Positions 20,008-28,529 of a stretch of DNA of 56,787 nt are shown here, in pieces. The first letter of the stretch is position 1. Each line of letters opens with the position of its first letter. The translations under genes were made by a program, and so were the position numbers. The DNA lies in contig JBDSWG010000145.1 in NCBI GenBank assembly GCA_039926825.1, positions 1 to 56,787 on the forward strand, written 5' to 3'. The notes beneath the pieces are model-generated. The model was not told the origin of the DNA, searched no databases, and worked only from the letters and a program-made list of their open reading frames with translations. The DNA is from Ferruginibacter sp. (GTDB taxonomy: Bacteria > Bacteroidota > Bacteroidia > Chitinophagales > Chitinophagaceae).

Positions 20008-22595
20008 AAGCGGTTAGGTGGTTTTTCAATATTAAAAAGCAGGCTCATTTCGAAGCCCTGCCCCGGCTCAGACTTCAATTGCATAATACCATTGTGCAAT
20101 TCCGCCCGGCTGTGAATGTTTTTCAATCCCACACCGGTTTTCCGGGCAGCCAGGTTAAAACCCTTACCGTCGTCCCGGATGATGATGTGTAAACGCAAAT
20201 TTTTCAGATTTATTTTAATCCAGATATTCTGTGCCTGAGCATGCTTAATAATATTATTCAATTGTTCCTGTACAATACGGAATATGGTTAATTGTAAGGG
20301 TTCGGACAAGTGAATTTTTTTTAGTACTTCCCACTCTGTATGAAAGGTAAACTTATTTACAACTTTTATGCTTTCCACCAGCTCCTGCAATGCCATCTCT
20401 ATCCCTACCTCTCCAAGTGAAGGAGGAGATAATGTTTTGGATAAATTACGCAATTCGGCCACGGCAGTTTCTATAAAGTCTTTTGCATTGCTGAGTAATG
20501 TATCCCGCATAACTTCATTCTCTAGGGCATATTCAATATATAACTTAGATGTAGCCAGTATCTGGTTAATATTATCATGAAGTTCTTTTCCCAGTTCTTC
20601 CCGTTCTTTTTCCTGGGCCGTAATTACTGCAGCCGTTATTTGTTGCTGCTTTTTACGACGTTCTTCTCCAAGCTTTTTTTCCAGGTCTATTTTTTCTGTA
20701 ATGTCATGTGCAATGGAAAGACAGGCTAACTGGCTAAAATATTGAATGACCTGGTTAGTAATGTCCATGTACTTTACCTTTCCCTTTATATTTTTATGCA
20801 AGAGAACATGGTCAGCATGCTGTAGCTGGCTGTCTGCAATAGCCTTTGCTATTTGTTTAAATTCTTTAAGCTGGCCCGGCAATAACAGGTCCGTCATCTT
20901 CATCGCCAGAAATGCTGTTTTGGAATACCCATATTCTTCCATAGCAGCATCATTAATTTCCAGGATCTGATATGTACGGGGATTCCATATAAAAATTGAA
21001 GAGGGATTAGTATTAAAAAGATTTCGGTATTTTTCCTCAGATGTTTGCAAAATTTCTTCGAAAATTTTCCGGGATGAAATATTCCGAAAGTGAATTACCA
21101 TAGCATTTATATCCGGTTCATGCAGGAGATTATGATACGTAGCTTCCAGCCATATATAGTATCCAAGTTTATTTCTAAATCTATATTCTAAAGTTTTTAC
21201 CAGGCCGGGCTTTTGCAAAACATCTTCAAAAGCTTTGTTTACAGCTTCCATTTCATGAGGATGTACCAGGTTTTTGTTCTCCGGCTGAGAATAATCTTCG
21301 ATACTAAACCCTGTCATTTTAATTGCTGCGGGGCTGGTATCTGTAACAATGCCGTCAATATTAAGAAGGGTAAGTCCTTCAGTACTTTTTTCTATTATAC
21401 TTCTAAAACGGTTTTCACTGGCTTTGAGGGTCTCTTCAACAAATTTTTCCCGGCTGATATCTGTTACTATGGCAAAAAATCCAGTGACTTGTTGATGGGC
21501 ATCATGCTGCGGCTGGCATTGCATACGAAGCCAGCACCGCTCTCCATTTTGTTTTCTAATGAGCAAATCACACGAGTAGGTTTGCTCTAATTTCATTTTT
21601 ATCCTGATGTACCTTATTGTTACAGGAGTAGCACTCAACCGGGCTAAGAAGTCAACCATTGAATTACCTACGATGTCCTCCCGACTGAAGCCGGTAATTT
21701 TGGGTAGGGATTCGTTTACCCAGGTGATGGTATTTTCCTGGTTGGTTATGACGATACCGTTTATGGTTTCCTGTGCAACAAAAGATAGCCTTCGTAATTC
21801 TTCCTCTGCCTTTTTTATTTCTGTTACATCTTGTATAGCACCAATGAGGCGGGCCACCATGCCATTTTCTTCCCGGATGATGTAACCTTTATCTATGATA
21901 TGCGCAAAGGTTCCGTCTGTACGCTGTATCCTGTATTCCATTTGAAAATTGGTAGAATCAGGACTATTTAGCATCTCGGACATTTCTTTATCATTACGAA
22001 TTTTTTCTTCCGGGAGCATACGGTGCCAAAGTGCATCGGGTTGGTTGTATTCTTCTTCCCGTACAGGCCCGATTATTTTATCCCACCCCGCTTTACTCCG
22101 GAATATTTTATTGGTGCGCAAATCCCAGTCCCAGGCCATATCATTAGTTGCCAGGGCCACCATGTTGTACCGTTCGTTGCTGAGGCGCAGCGATTCCGAA
22201 ATCCGTTGCCTTTCTATAGAATAAAGCACAGTTTTCTTAATGATGACTTCATTAAGCTCTCCCTTTATAAGAAAATCCTGCGCTCCCTTATTAATTGCCT
22301 GCAAAGCAACGTTGGTGTCATTAATACCTGTAAGTATAACCACAGCAGCTTTTCCGGTGTATTGCTGTAGTTTATAAAATGTTTCAATACCGGAACAATC
22401 CGGCAAAGACAAATCCAAAAAAATAATGTCAGGTTGCTGAGTTTGCAGGTATTCAATGGCCCTATCAAGATCCATCACGTGGCTCACTTTTTTTAATTCT
22501 ATACTTGTTTCATTCAACACTTCCCGAAACAAAACAGCATCGCCAGGGTTATCTTCAATAATTAAAACATGTATGGGCACTTGTACTATCTGCAT
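20004..22595 (-). CDS. Hybrid histidine kinase: N-terminal receiver, 4 PAS, HisKA_3/HATPase
   Basis: VLIIEDNPGD, IIFLDLSLPD, GAQDFLIKG. Kinase motifs EREELGKELHDNINQIL, QEQLNNIIKHA, DDGKGF. Confidence 0.92.
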   Translation of the reverse strand: MQIVQVPIHVLIIEDNPGDAVLFREVLNETSIELKKVSHVMDLDRAIEYLQTQQPDIIFLDLSLPDCSGIETFYKLQQYTGKAAVVILTGINDTNVALQAINKGAQDFLIKGELNEVIIKKTVLYSIERQRISESLRLSNERYNMVALATNDMAWDWDLRTNKIFRSKAGWDKIIGPVREEEYNQPDALWHRMLPEEKIRNDKEMSEMLNSPDSTNFQMEYRIQRTDGTFAHIIDKGYIIREENGMVARLIGAIQDVTEIKKAEEELRRLSFVAQETINGIVITNQENTITWVNESLPKITGFSREDIVGNSMVDFLARLSATPVTIRYIRIKMKLEQTYSCDLLIRKQNGERCWLRMQCQPQHDAHQQVTGFFAIVTDISREKFVEETLKASENRFRSIIEKSTEGLTLLNIDGIVTDTSPAAIKMTGFSIEDYSQPENKNLVHPHEMEAVNKAFEDVLQKPGLVKTLEYRFRNKLGYYIWLEATYHNLLHEPDINAMVIHFRNISSRKIFEEILQTSEEKYRNLFNTNPSSIFIWNPRTYQILEINDAAMEEYGYSKTAFLAMKMTDLLLPGQLKEFKQIAKAIADSQLQHADHVLLHKNIKGKVKYMDITNQVIQYFSQLACLSIAHDITEKIDLEKKLGEERRKKQQQITAAVITAQEKEREELGKELHDNINQILATSKLYIEYALENEVMRDTLLSNAKDFIETAVAELRNLSKTLSPPSLGEVGIEMALQELVESIKVVNKFTFHTEWEVLKKIHLSEPLQLTIFRIVQEQLNNIIKHAQAQNIWIKINLKNLRLHIIIRDDGKGFNLAARKTGVGLKNIHSRAELHNGIMQLKSEPGQGFEMSLLFNIEKPPNRL

Positions 22596-22607
22596 TCGAC
22601 ATTTTTA

Positions 22608-24518
22608 TTAATATTCTTTGATGGTAAAACAAAACCTGGAGCCCTGGCCACCATTATCCTCCACCCAAATTTTGCCACCATGTGCTTCTACAATTTTTTT
22701 GCTGATGGAAAGTCCGATGCCCGAACCTTCATATTTATCGTGGTGATTCAGCCGTTGAAAAATATTAAATATTCTCTGCCTGTCTTCTTCTTGGATACCA
22801 ATTCCATTGTCGGCAACGATAAACTTCCAGCCAGCAGTTTCTTTCTCCGCTGATATTTTTATTACCGGCTTTGTATTGGAATTATATTTTAATGCATTGC
22901 CAACCAGGTTTTGAAAAAGCTGGCCTACCTGCACTTTGTTTGCAATAATTTCAGGTAACGCCCCTACCTCTATGCTGGCCCCTGCCTCTTGATTATTTTT
23001 TTGAAAAAGGTTCTTAATATTTACCAGTTGCTCATTCATGTTAATCAATTCCCTTTTCATGTCCGGGTTTCCCTGCCGGGAATATTCCAGCAGACCGTTA
23101 ATAAGTTTTTTCATGTGTGCTGCACCATCCACTGCAAAATCTATAAACTCATTTGCCTTTTCATCCAGGTGAGCCTGGTAGCGTTTTTGAAGCAGTTCTA
23201 AAAAGCTCTGCACCATACGAAGCGGTTGTTGCAAATCGTGCGAAGCGATGTATGCAAAACGTTCCAGTTCCCCATTACTTCTTTTTAATTCATTAGCCTG
23301 TGCCGCCAGGTGAATATTCAGGTTTTTTAAAATGCTTTCTGCTTCTTTACGGTGTGTAATTTCTCTCTGGTTTATTACTACACTTGCAATATTTTCTACA
23401 TTAAATAAATTGGTAATAGTGCCTTCAACCCAAACGAGGTCCCCATTTTTTTTCTGAACGCGGTATTCCAGCGTAACAGGTTTTAAAGGGTTTTCTAATA
23501 TGCTCTTATAATTTTCCAGGAGGAAAGGAAGATCTTCTTCTGCTGCGAGCTCTCCTAACTTTTTTCCCATGAGTTGCAAAGGAGAATAACCTAATACCTG
23601 TAGCACAGATGGACTGGCGAAAATAATTTCGCGGCTATGATTTATTTGGAGCATCATATCTGCACTATGCTCTACCAGGTATTTATATTTTTGCTGTGTA
23701 CTTTCTATAGAAGCTTCAAGTTTTTTCAGGGCGGTAATATCATGAAAGGTTCCAACAAATTTTTCAGCCCGGCCTTTAACATTCCTGGTTACAATTCCCT
23801 GGCACTGTACAAATTTTATATCGCCTCGTTTAGTTACTACCCTCAGCATAATGTCGTAAGGCAGTCCACTGGAAAAAGAATGGTTTAATATCTGTATAGC
23901 CAGTTGCCTGTCTCCGGGATGTAAAACATTCAGCCCGTTTTCTCTTGACGCCTCTATTTCCCCGGGCTCCAAGCCACAAAGACGATAAAATTCATCACTG
24001 AAAATGCATTGGTCTGTTGCGATGTCCCATTCCCAACTTCCAATACTGGCAATGGATTCCGCTTTCTGCATGAGTTCCCTGCTGGCCTGGGAAAGTTTTA
24101 TTGCATGTTGTTCCCGCGTAATATTAATTCCGGACATCAAAATAAGATCAATTTCTTTTTTTTCATTTCTAACCGGAATGTACCGCAAAAGAATAACGGC
24201 CTCATCTAACTCAGGTTTGCTATAAATATACTCCACTGTTTCTCCGGATAAAACCTTTTCTTGTATGCCTTTTAATAATTGGGCACGCTCCGGAAAAATT
24301 AAATCAAAAAGGCTTTCACCAGCCCTTACTACTTTAGGTATTAATGTCTGTGACATTTCAGCAGCTTTTTTATTGGCTGCAATAATAGTAAAATTACGAT
24401 CTAGAATAAGCATAACATCCGTACTATGCTCCAGGAGAATATGCAAAACTTTTTGCTGAGAAACAATTTCTTCGGGCTTAAAACTTTTATTTAAATTTTC
24501 TTCAGACATGAACTTCAT
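22608..24518 (-). CDS. PAS (x3) sensor histidine kinase, HisKA (Cph1-like transmitter) type
   Basis: RSNGELERFAYIASHDLQQPLR, QLFQNLVGNALKY, DNGIGI, FQRL, GSGIGLSISKKIVEAHGGKIWVE. Confidence 0.92.
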   Translation of the reverse strand: MKFMSEENLNKSFKPEEIVSQQKVLHILLEHSTDVMLILDRNFTIIAANKKAAEMSQTLIPKVVRAGESLFDLIFPERAQLLKGIQEKVLSGETVEYIYSKPELDEAVILLRYIPVRNEKKEIDLILMSGINITREQHAIKLSQASRELMQKAESIASIGSWEWDIATDQCIFSDEFYRLCGLEPGEIEASRENGLNVLHPGDRQLAIQILNHSFSSGLPYDIMLRVVTKRGDIKFVQCQGIVTRNVKGRAEKFVGTFHDITALKKLEASIESTQQKYKYLVEHSADMMLQINHSREIIFASPSVLQVLGYSPLQLMGKKLGELAAEEDLPFLLENYKSILENPLKPVTLEYRVQKKNGDLVWVEGTITNLFNVENIASVVINQREITHRKEAESILKNLNIHLAAQANELKRSNGELERFAYIASHDLQQPLRMVQSFLELLQKRYQAHLDEKANEFIDFAVDGAAHMKKLINGLLEYSRQGNPDMKRELINMNEQLVNIKNLFQKNNQEAGASIEVGALPEIIANKVQVGQLFQNLVGNALKYNSNTKPVIKISAEKETAGWKFIVADNGIGIQEEDRQRIFNIFQRLNHHDKYEGSGIGLSISKKIVEAHGGKIWVEDNGGQGSRFCFTIKEY

Positions 24519-24686
24519 TTTTATTAACGCATAAACCCGATAGTAATTTTACCAGGTAAAAATATTTTTTTAAGGTGGTATATTTATTCCCACTGTTTAT
24601 TGCTAAGTTTACCTGATATACTTCAATATCAAAAGTATAGATTATACTTTTTAACCCTGGAAAAATATAAAAACTAACGTTTTATT

Positions 24687-25313
24687 TTGAAGAAGTTTTT
24701 ACTAATAGATGATCATGTTGTTGTACGATCCGGTATAAAAATTTTACTCTCAGATTTTTACAAGCAATCAGAAATTCATGAAGCAAAGGATGGCGATAGT
24801 GCACTAAAATGTGTAAAAGAAAATACATATGATTTGGTTATGCTGGATATCCAGATGCCTAATACAGATACATTTGGATTGATGGAATATTTCAGGGTCA
24901 GGTACCCGGAACTAAAAGTATTAATGTTTTCCATGAGCCCGGAAAATATTTATGCAAAACGTTTTTTAAAAGCGGGTGCACGGGGGTTCATCAGCAAAGA
25001 TGCACCGCTGGATGAAATCAGGAAAGCTATTGAAACCGTTCTGAATGGTCGTAAATACATCAGCGAAGCCATGATAGATATGCTGGCAGAGGCGGACAGT
25101 AAACAAAAAGACAGCAACCTCTTTAATAATTTATCAGCGAGGGAATTTGAAATTGCTTCACTCCTGCTCAGCGGGAAGACACTCAGCAGCATTGCGCAAA
25201 CGCTCCACCTGCAAGTGAGCACAGTTGGTACACATAAGGCCAGGATTTTTGAAAAATTAAAAGTAACGAACATCCTGGAATTAAAAGAACTGGCAAATAG
25301 TTATAATATTTAA
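24687..25313 (+). CDS. NarL/LuxR-family response regulator transcription factor (TTG start)
   Basis: FLLIDDH, VMLDIQMP, GARGFISK, LSAREFEI...STVGTHKARIFEKL. Confidence 0.92.
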   Translation: MKKFLLIDDHVVVRSGIKILLSDFYKQSEIHEAKDGDSALKCVKENTYDLVMLDIQMPNTDTFGLMEYFRVRYPELKVLMFSMSPENIYAKRFLKAGARGFISKDAPLDEIRKAIETVLNGRKYISEAMIDMLAEADSKQKDSNLFNNLSAREFEIASLLLSGKTLSSIAQTLHLQVSTVGTHKARIFEKLKVTNILELKELANSYNI

Positions 25314-25323
25314 TCTTCCTGAC

Positions 25324-26433
25324 TTAGAATAATTTTCCTTGTTCGCCGGGCCGTCGAAATTTTGTACAGTCCAGGTTCCAGCGCTCCTCATTCATATTAT
25401 ATAGCTTACCGTATTTCTTATATTGTTGCGCAACCATTTGCGCCAATGTACCTTCTCCCCTCATGCGCACGCCCCAGCGGCTGTCATTCACTTTCCCGTC
25501 ATGGCTTTGCTCTATCAGGTGCCAGACTTTATCTGCCTGGTTAGGAAAATTTTTATAGAGCCAGTCGTGGAAAAGAAATTTTATTGCGCCATTCAGGCGA
25601 ATAAAAGTATATGCTGTAAAACTAGCCCCCGCATCTGCAGCAGCTTTCATAATACGCTGCATTTCGTGTTCGTTTAACCCCGGTATCATCGGACCCATCA
25701 TTACACCCGTACGCACACCTGCTTTGCTGAGTTCCTCAATAACTTTTAATTTTTGCCGGGCCGTAGTCGTACGCGGTTCCATAATACGGCGCAGATCTTC
25801 ATTAAATGTGGTTATGCTCACCATGGCAGAAACTATATTTTTGGATGCCATCTCCTGCAACACATCTTTATCTTTAATTATCCAGGAATTTTTTGTGAGG
25901 ATACCAACGGGCTGGTTAAATTCATTGCATACTTCCAGCATTTTGCGGGTGAGGCGGTAAGTCTGTTCAGCCGGTTGGTAGCAGTCTGTATTGCCGCTGA
26001 GCATGATGGGGGCACATTCCCATTTTGGATGCTGCAGAAATTTGCGCAGCAATTCCGGCGCATTTTTCTTTACTAAAATTTTCTTTTCAAAATCCAGGCC
26101 GGCGCTGTAACCCCAGTATTCATGCACATTGCGGGCATAACAATAAATACAACCATGCTCGCAACCGGCATAAGGATTCATACTGTAACTCATGCCCACA
26201 TCGGGGCTCGCAACCTTGTTTACAATTGTTGCTGCCTGTTGCTCCAGGTATTGTGTGGGCCCATTAATAATTTCCCAGTCATCTATGGCTTCCACATGTT
26301 CCCGGACCTGTTCATTTTTTATAAATTTATTTTTTGTATTGAACTGGGCACCGCGGCCATGTAAATACGTTTCATCATTACCGTTATGTACGGTTTGTAC
26401 AGGCACCGCATCCTGCTTTAATGGCTCTGGCAT
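25324..26433 (-). CDS. PA0069-family radical SAM protein (spore photoproduct lyase-like)
   Basis: GRGAQFN, SMNPYAGCEHGCIYCYAR (CxxxCxxC), SGNTDCYQPAE, ILTKN, MEPRT, PMIPGLNEHE. Confidence 0.9.
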   Translation of the reverse strand: MPEPLKQDAVPVQTVHNGNDETYLHGRGAQFNTKNKFIKNEQVREHVEAIDDWEIINGPTQYLEQQAATIVNKVASPDVGMSYSMNPYAGCEHGCIYCYARNVHEYWGYSAGLDFEKKILVKKNAPELLRKFLQHPKWECAPIMLSGNTDCYQPAEQTYRLTRKMLEVCNEFNQPVGILTKNSWIIKDKDVLQEMASKNIVSAMVSITTFNEDLRRIMEPRTTTARQKLKVIEELSKAGVRTGVMMGPMIPGLNEHEMQRIMKAAADAGASFTAYTFIRLNGAIKFLFHDWLYKNFPNQADKVWHLIEQSHDGKVNDSRWGVRMRGEGTLAQMVAQQYKKYGKLYNMNEERWNLDCTKFRRPGEQGKLF

Positions 26434-26446
26434 TTTCCGGGTTTTC

Positions 26447-27052
26447 TTAACTGAATAATGATGCCTGTGTGGTATTCACCGGCAAGTTGTCAAATGTAAG
26501 GCGGCGCAAAACCTGGTAGTTTTTTTCCCCTTCTTTTCTTCGCAATACCAGTATACCATCTGCTATAAAGCGGCCGGTAAAATTTTTATGTGCATATTTT
26601 TCCCAGGCTTTTTCATATTGCCAGGGTACAAGTTTACGGGCTATAGGAATGTACGGGTCTATAAGAAAATGAGGTTTATTATCTGCATCCAGTTTCATCA
26701 GGCGCTGAGCATCTGTACGGATTTTCTTCACGATATATTGAACCGGTAATTTTGTTTTTACATTTATGTAAATGGTATGTGCAGGAAAACTTCCATAATC
26801 ACTCAGTTCAATTTTCACCGGGGCCAGGCCCATAGCTATATTTTTAAGCCTACTGATGATTTTTTCTTCCTGCATAGCCAGTTGTTTAAATCTTACTAAA
26901 GCAATGTGTGGTCGTGAATACAAGGCATGTTCATTCAAAAATTCTTCAGCGAATATTTTTTTCACCTGGGTAATTTTAGTCTGAACTTCTTCGTGGGGCT
27001 GCAAAACGACCAGGTATTCATGGACGTCGTATCCCGGCAGGGTGAACAGCAT
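26447..27052 (-). CDS. 2'-5' RNA ligase / 2H phosphoesterase family protein with degenerate HxT motifs
   Basis: EYLVVLQP, RPHIAL, YGSFPAHTIYINV, PYIPIARKL, YEKAW match the layout of Bacteroidota 2'-5' RNA ligase-family proteins. Confidence 0.72.
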   Translation of the reverse strand: MLFTLPGYDVHEYLVVLQPHEEVQTKITQVKKIFAEEFLNEHALYSRPHIALVRFKQLAMQEEKIISRLKNIAMGLAPVKIELSDYGSFPAHTIYINVKTKLPVQYIVKKIRTDAQRLMKLDADNKPHFLIDPYIPIARKLVPWQYEKAWEKYAHKNFTGRFIADGILVLRRKEGEKNYQVLRRLTFDNLPVNTTQASLFS

Positions 27053-27132
27053 AAATCATTATTTTATTTATGAATAATATTTCTATATCCTGATTGTGTA
27101 TAACTAAATGCAACATTATTTAGCATAAAAAT

Positions 27133-27151
27133 ACTAAATAATTTAGTTTTG
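27133..27151 (+). promoter_or_regulatory. Perfect palindrome ACTAAATAATTTAGT (CTAA-N5-TTAG, candidate Bacteroidota SOS/LexA box) overlapping the -7 promoter TAGTTTTG
   Basis: Palindrome at 27133-27147 and TAnnTTTG at 27144-27151, between divergent DNA-damage genes. Confidence 0.7.
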
Positions 27152-27165
27152 TCAAAACCTTTTTT

Positions 27166-27597
27166 ATGGAGATAGAATATATTTCAGATTCGGCACACCA
27201 CGGCACCCATGCTTTTTCGCAACGTGATAATACAACCCCAGGTGATAACGTCTTTGGCGCCCCGGCACACGACTTTATGGAAAGAAGTATAGATTTAAAT
27301 GAACACCTGGTGCATAACCCGCAGGCAACCTTTTTTTTGCGTGTAAGTGGAGAAAGCATGTGTGATGCCGGCATACATGATGGTGATATCGTAATTGTAG
27401 ACCGGAGTATAAAGCCTCAAAGTGGTAAAATAGTTATTGCCGTTATTGATGGGGAAATGCTCCTCCGGCGTTATATAAAAACATTTAACAGCCTCACCCT
27501 GGTACCCGATACAAAAAAATTAAGCCCCCTAACCATTACAGAATACCATGATTTTAAAATATGGGGTGTGGTTACTTATGCTATAAAATATGTGTAG
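27166..27597 (+). CDS. UmuD/LexA-like S24 peptidase-domain protein (no HTH)
   Basis: PAHDFMERSIDLNEHL, ATFFLRVSGESM, GIHDGDIVIVDRS, IWGVVTY. The catalytic Lys position reads Arg. Confidence 0.88.
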   Translation: MEIEYISDSAHHGTHAFSQRDNTTPGDNVFGAPAHDFMERSIDLNEHLVHNPQATFFLRVSGESMCDAGIHDGDIVIVDRSIKPQSGKIVIAVIDGEMLLRRYIKTFNSLTLVPDTKKLSPLTITEYHDFKIWGVVTYAIKYV

Positions 27598-27760
27598 AGA
27601 AGACTGATGGCCGAAGGCATACTCATATGCACAAATAAAATAAAACCCAGATGGAGTATTAACAAATATGAATAAAAAAATTTAGATCAAGACAGTATTA
27701 GTAATTCTTTTCACCTTATTATAATATCCGATCGAAAGGATTAGGCCAGGTAAATGATGA

Positions 27761-28471
27761 TTATTTTTTCTTCTCTCTTATTAAAAAACGTTGTTGCAAC
27801 TTTTCATAAATCACCAGGTTGAGCAGTATCAACAGCATACCATAAAAAATATCTTCTACGGGGATGGTATAAATTTTTATTCCCAGGTTTTCTGCATCGT
27901 TATATAATACCACGGGAATGGCTGTAAGAAACCCATTTACCAAAAGGAAAGGAATAAGGATAACGGTATAGCTTAGAAGAAAAAGTGAAAAATTAAAGCC
28001 TGAAAAAAAAGTACCACGCATGCCATAGATAATTATCATGAATGTGCCACATGCCATGAAGGTATACGCAGTATAACGCTGCTGCAAATGAAAAAACCCA
28101 ATAACGATAATAAGGAGCGCAATAAAAATAAACAGAGATTGGGAAATTAAGGTGTTTTTGATACCTGGGAAATAAGATTTAAGGCAGGCATAAATGAAAA
28201 TGCAACAGTAAGGGACCACGAAGAAAAATAATACTTCTTCTACCGGCAGGTTTATTAAATGCAAGCCTGTAATATAAGCGGGATTAAAACTCCAGACACC
28301 AAGGTTTGTAAACCAAACATCCCAGCTGATATAGAACAAAGCCGGGAGCAACATGGCCGGGAAAATAAATTTCCATAGTTGCACAAAGGCTACTTTTTTA
28401 TCAAAACTGAGCAAAAAAGGAAATGCGAGAGACCCCGCCAGTATGAGAAAATATGTGTAGTGAGAATTGAT
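27761..28471 (-). CDS. Lycopene cyclase domain protein (fused CrtYc/d-type membrane lycopene beta-cyclase)
   Basis: WDVWFT..GVWSFN, LPVEEVLFF, VNGFLT, YNDAENLG, IPVEDIFYG duplicated domain. The frame is open upstream of TTG 28414 to an ATC at 28471 (INSHYTYFLILAGSLAFPF). Confidence 0.85.
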   Translation of the reverse strand: MNSHYTYFLILAGSLAFPFLLSFDKKVAFVQLWKFIFPAMLLPALFYISWDVWFTNLGVWSFNPAYITGLHLINLPVEEVLFFFVVPYCCIFIYACLKSYFPGIKNTLISQSLFIFIALLIIVIGFFHLQQRYTAYTFMACGTFMIIIYGMRGTFFSGFNFSLFLLSYTVILIPFLLVNGFLTAIPVVLYNDAENLGIKIYTIPVEDIFYGMLLILLNLVIYEKLQQRFLIREKKK

Positions 28472-28529
28472 AGTGAATAATTTGAAAGTATCCAGCCCTA
28501 TATGTTGGCAGCGAAAAAAAAAATATTAT

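Noticed and set aside
13101-24518. Canonical LOV or phytochrome photoreceptor among the kinases
   Set aside because: No NCRFLQ motif and no GAF/PHY bilin module. The Cph1-like similarity is limited to the transmitter domain.
11985-25313. Mobile genomic island or prophage origin for the signalling cluster
   Set aside because: It looks somewhat AT-rich by eye, but there is no integrase, transposase, tRNA or flanking direct repeat, and composition was not computed.
27166-27597. Calling the S24 protein the LexA repressor itself
   Set aside because: It has no N-terminal HTH. Its length and motifs match UmuD rather than a repressor.
27600-27630. Hammerhead-like CTGATGGCCGAAGGC downstream of the umuD-like gene
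   Set aside because: The core is not CUGAUGA...GAAA, and no stems I/III are evident.
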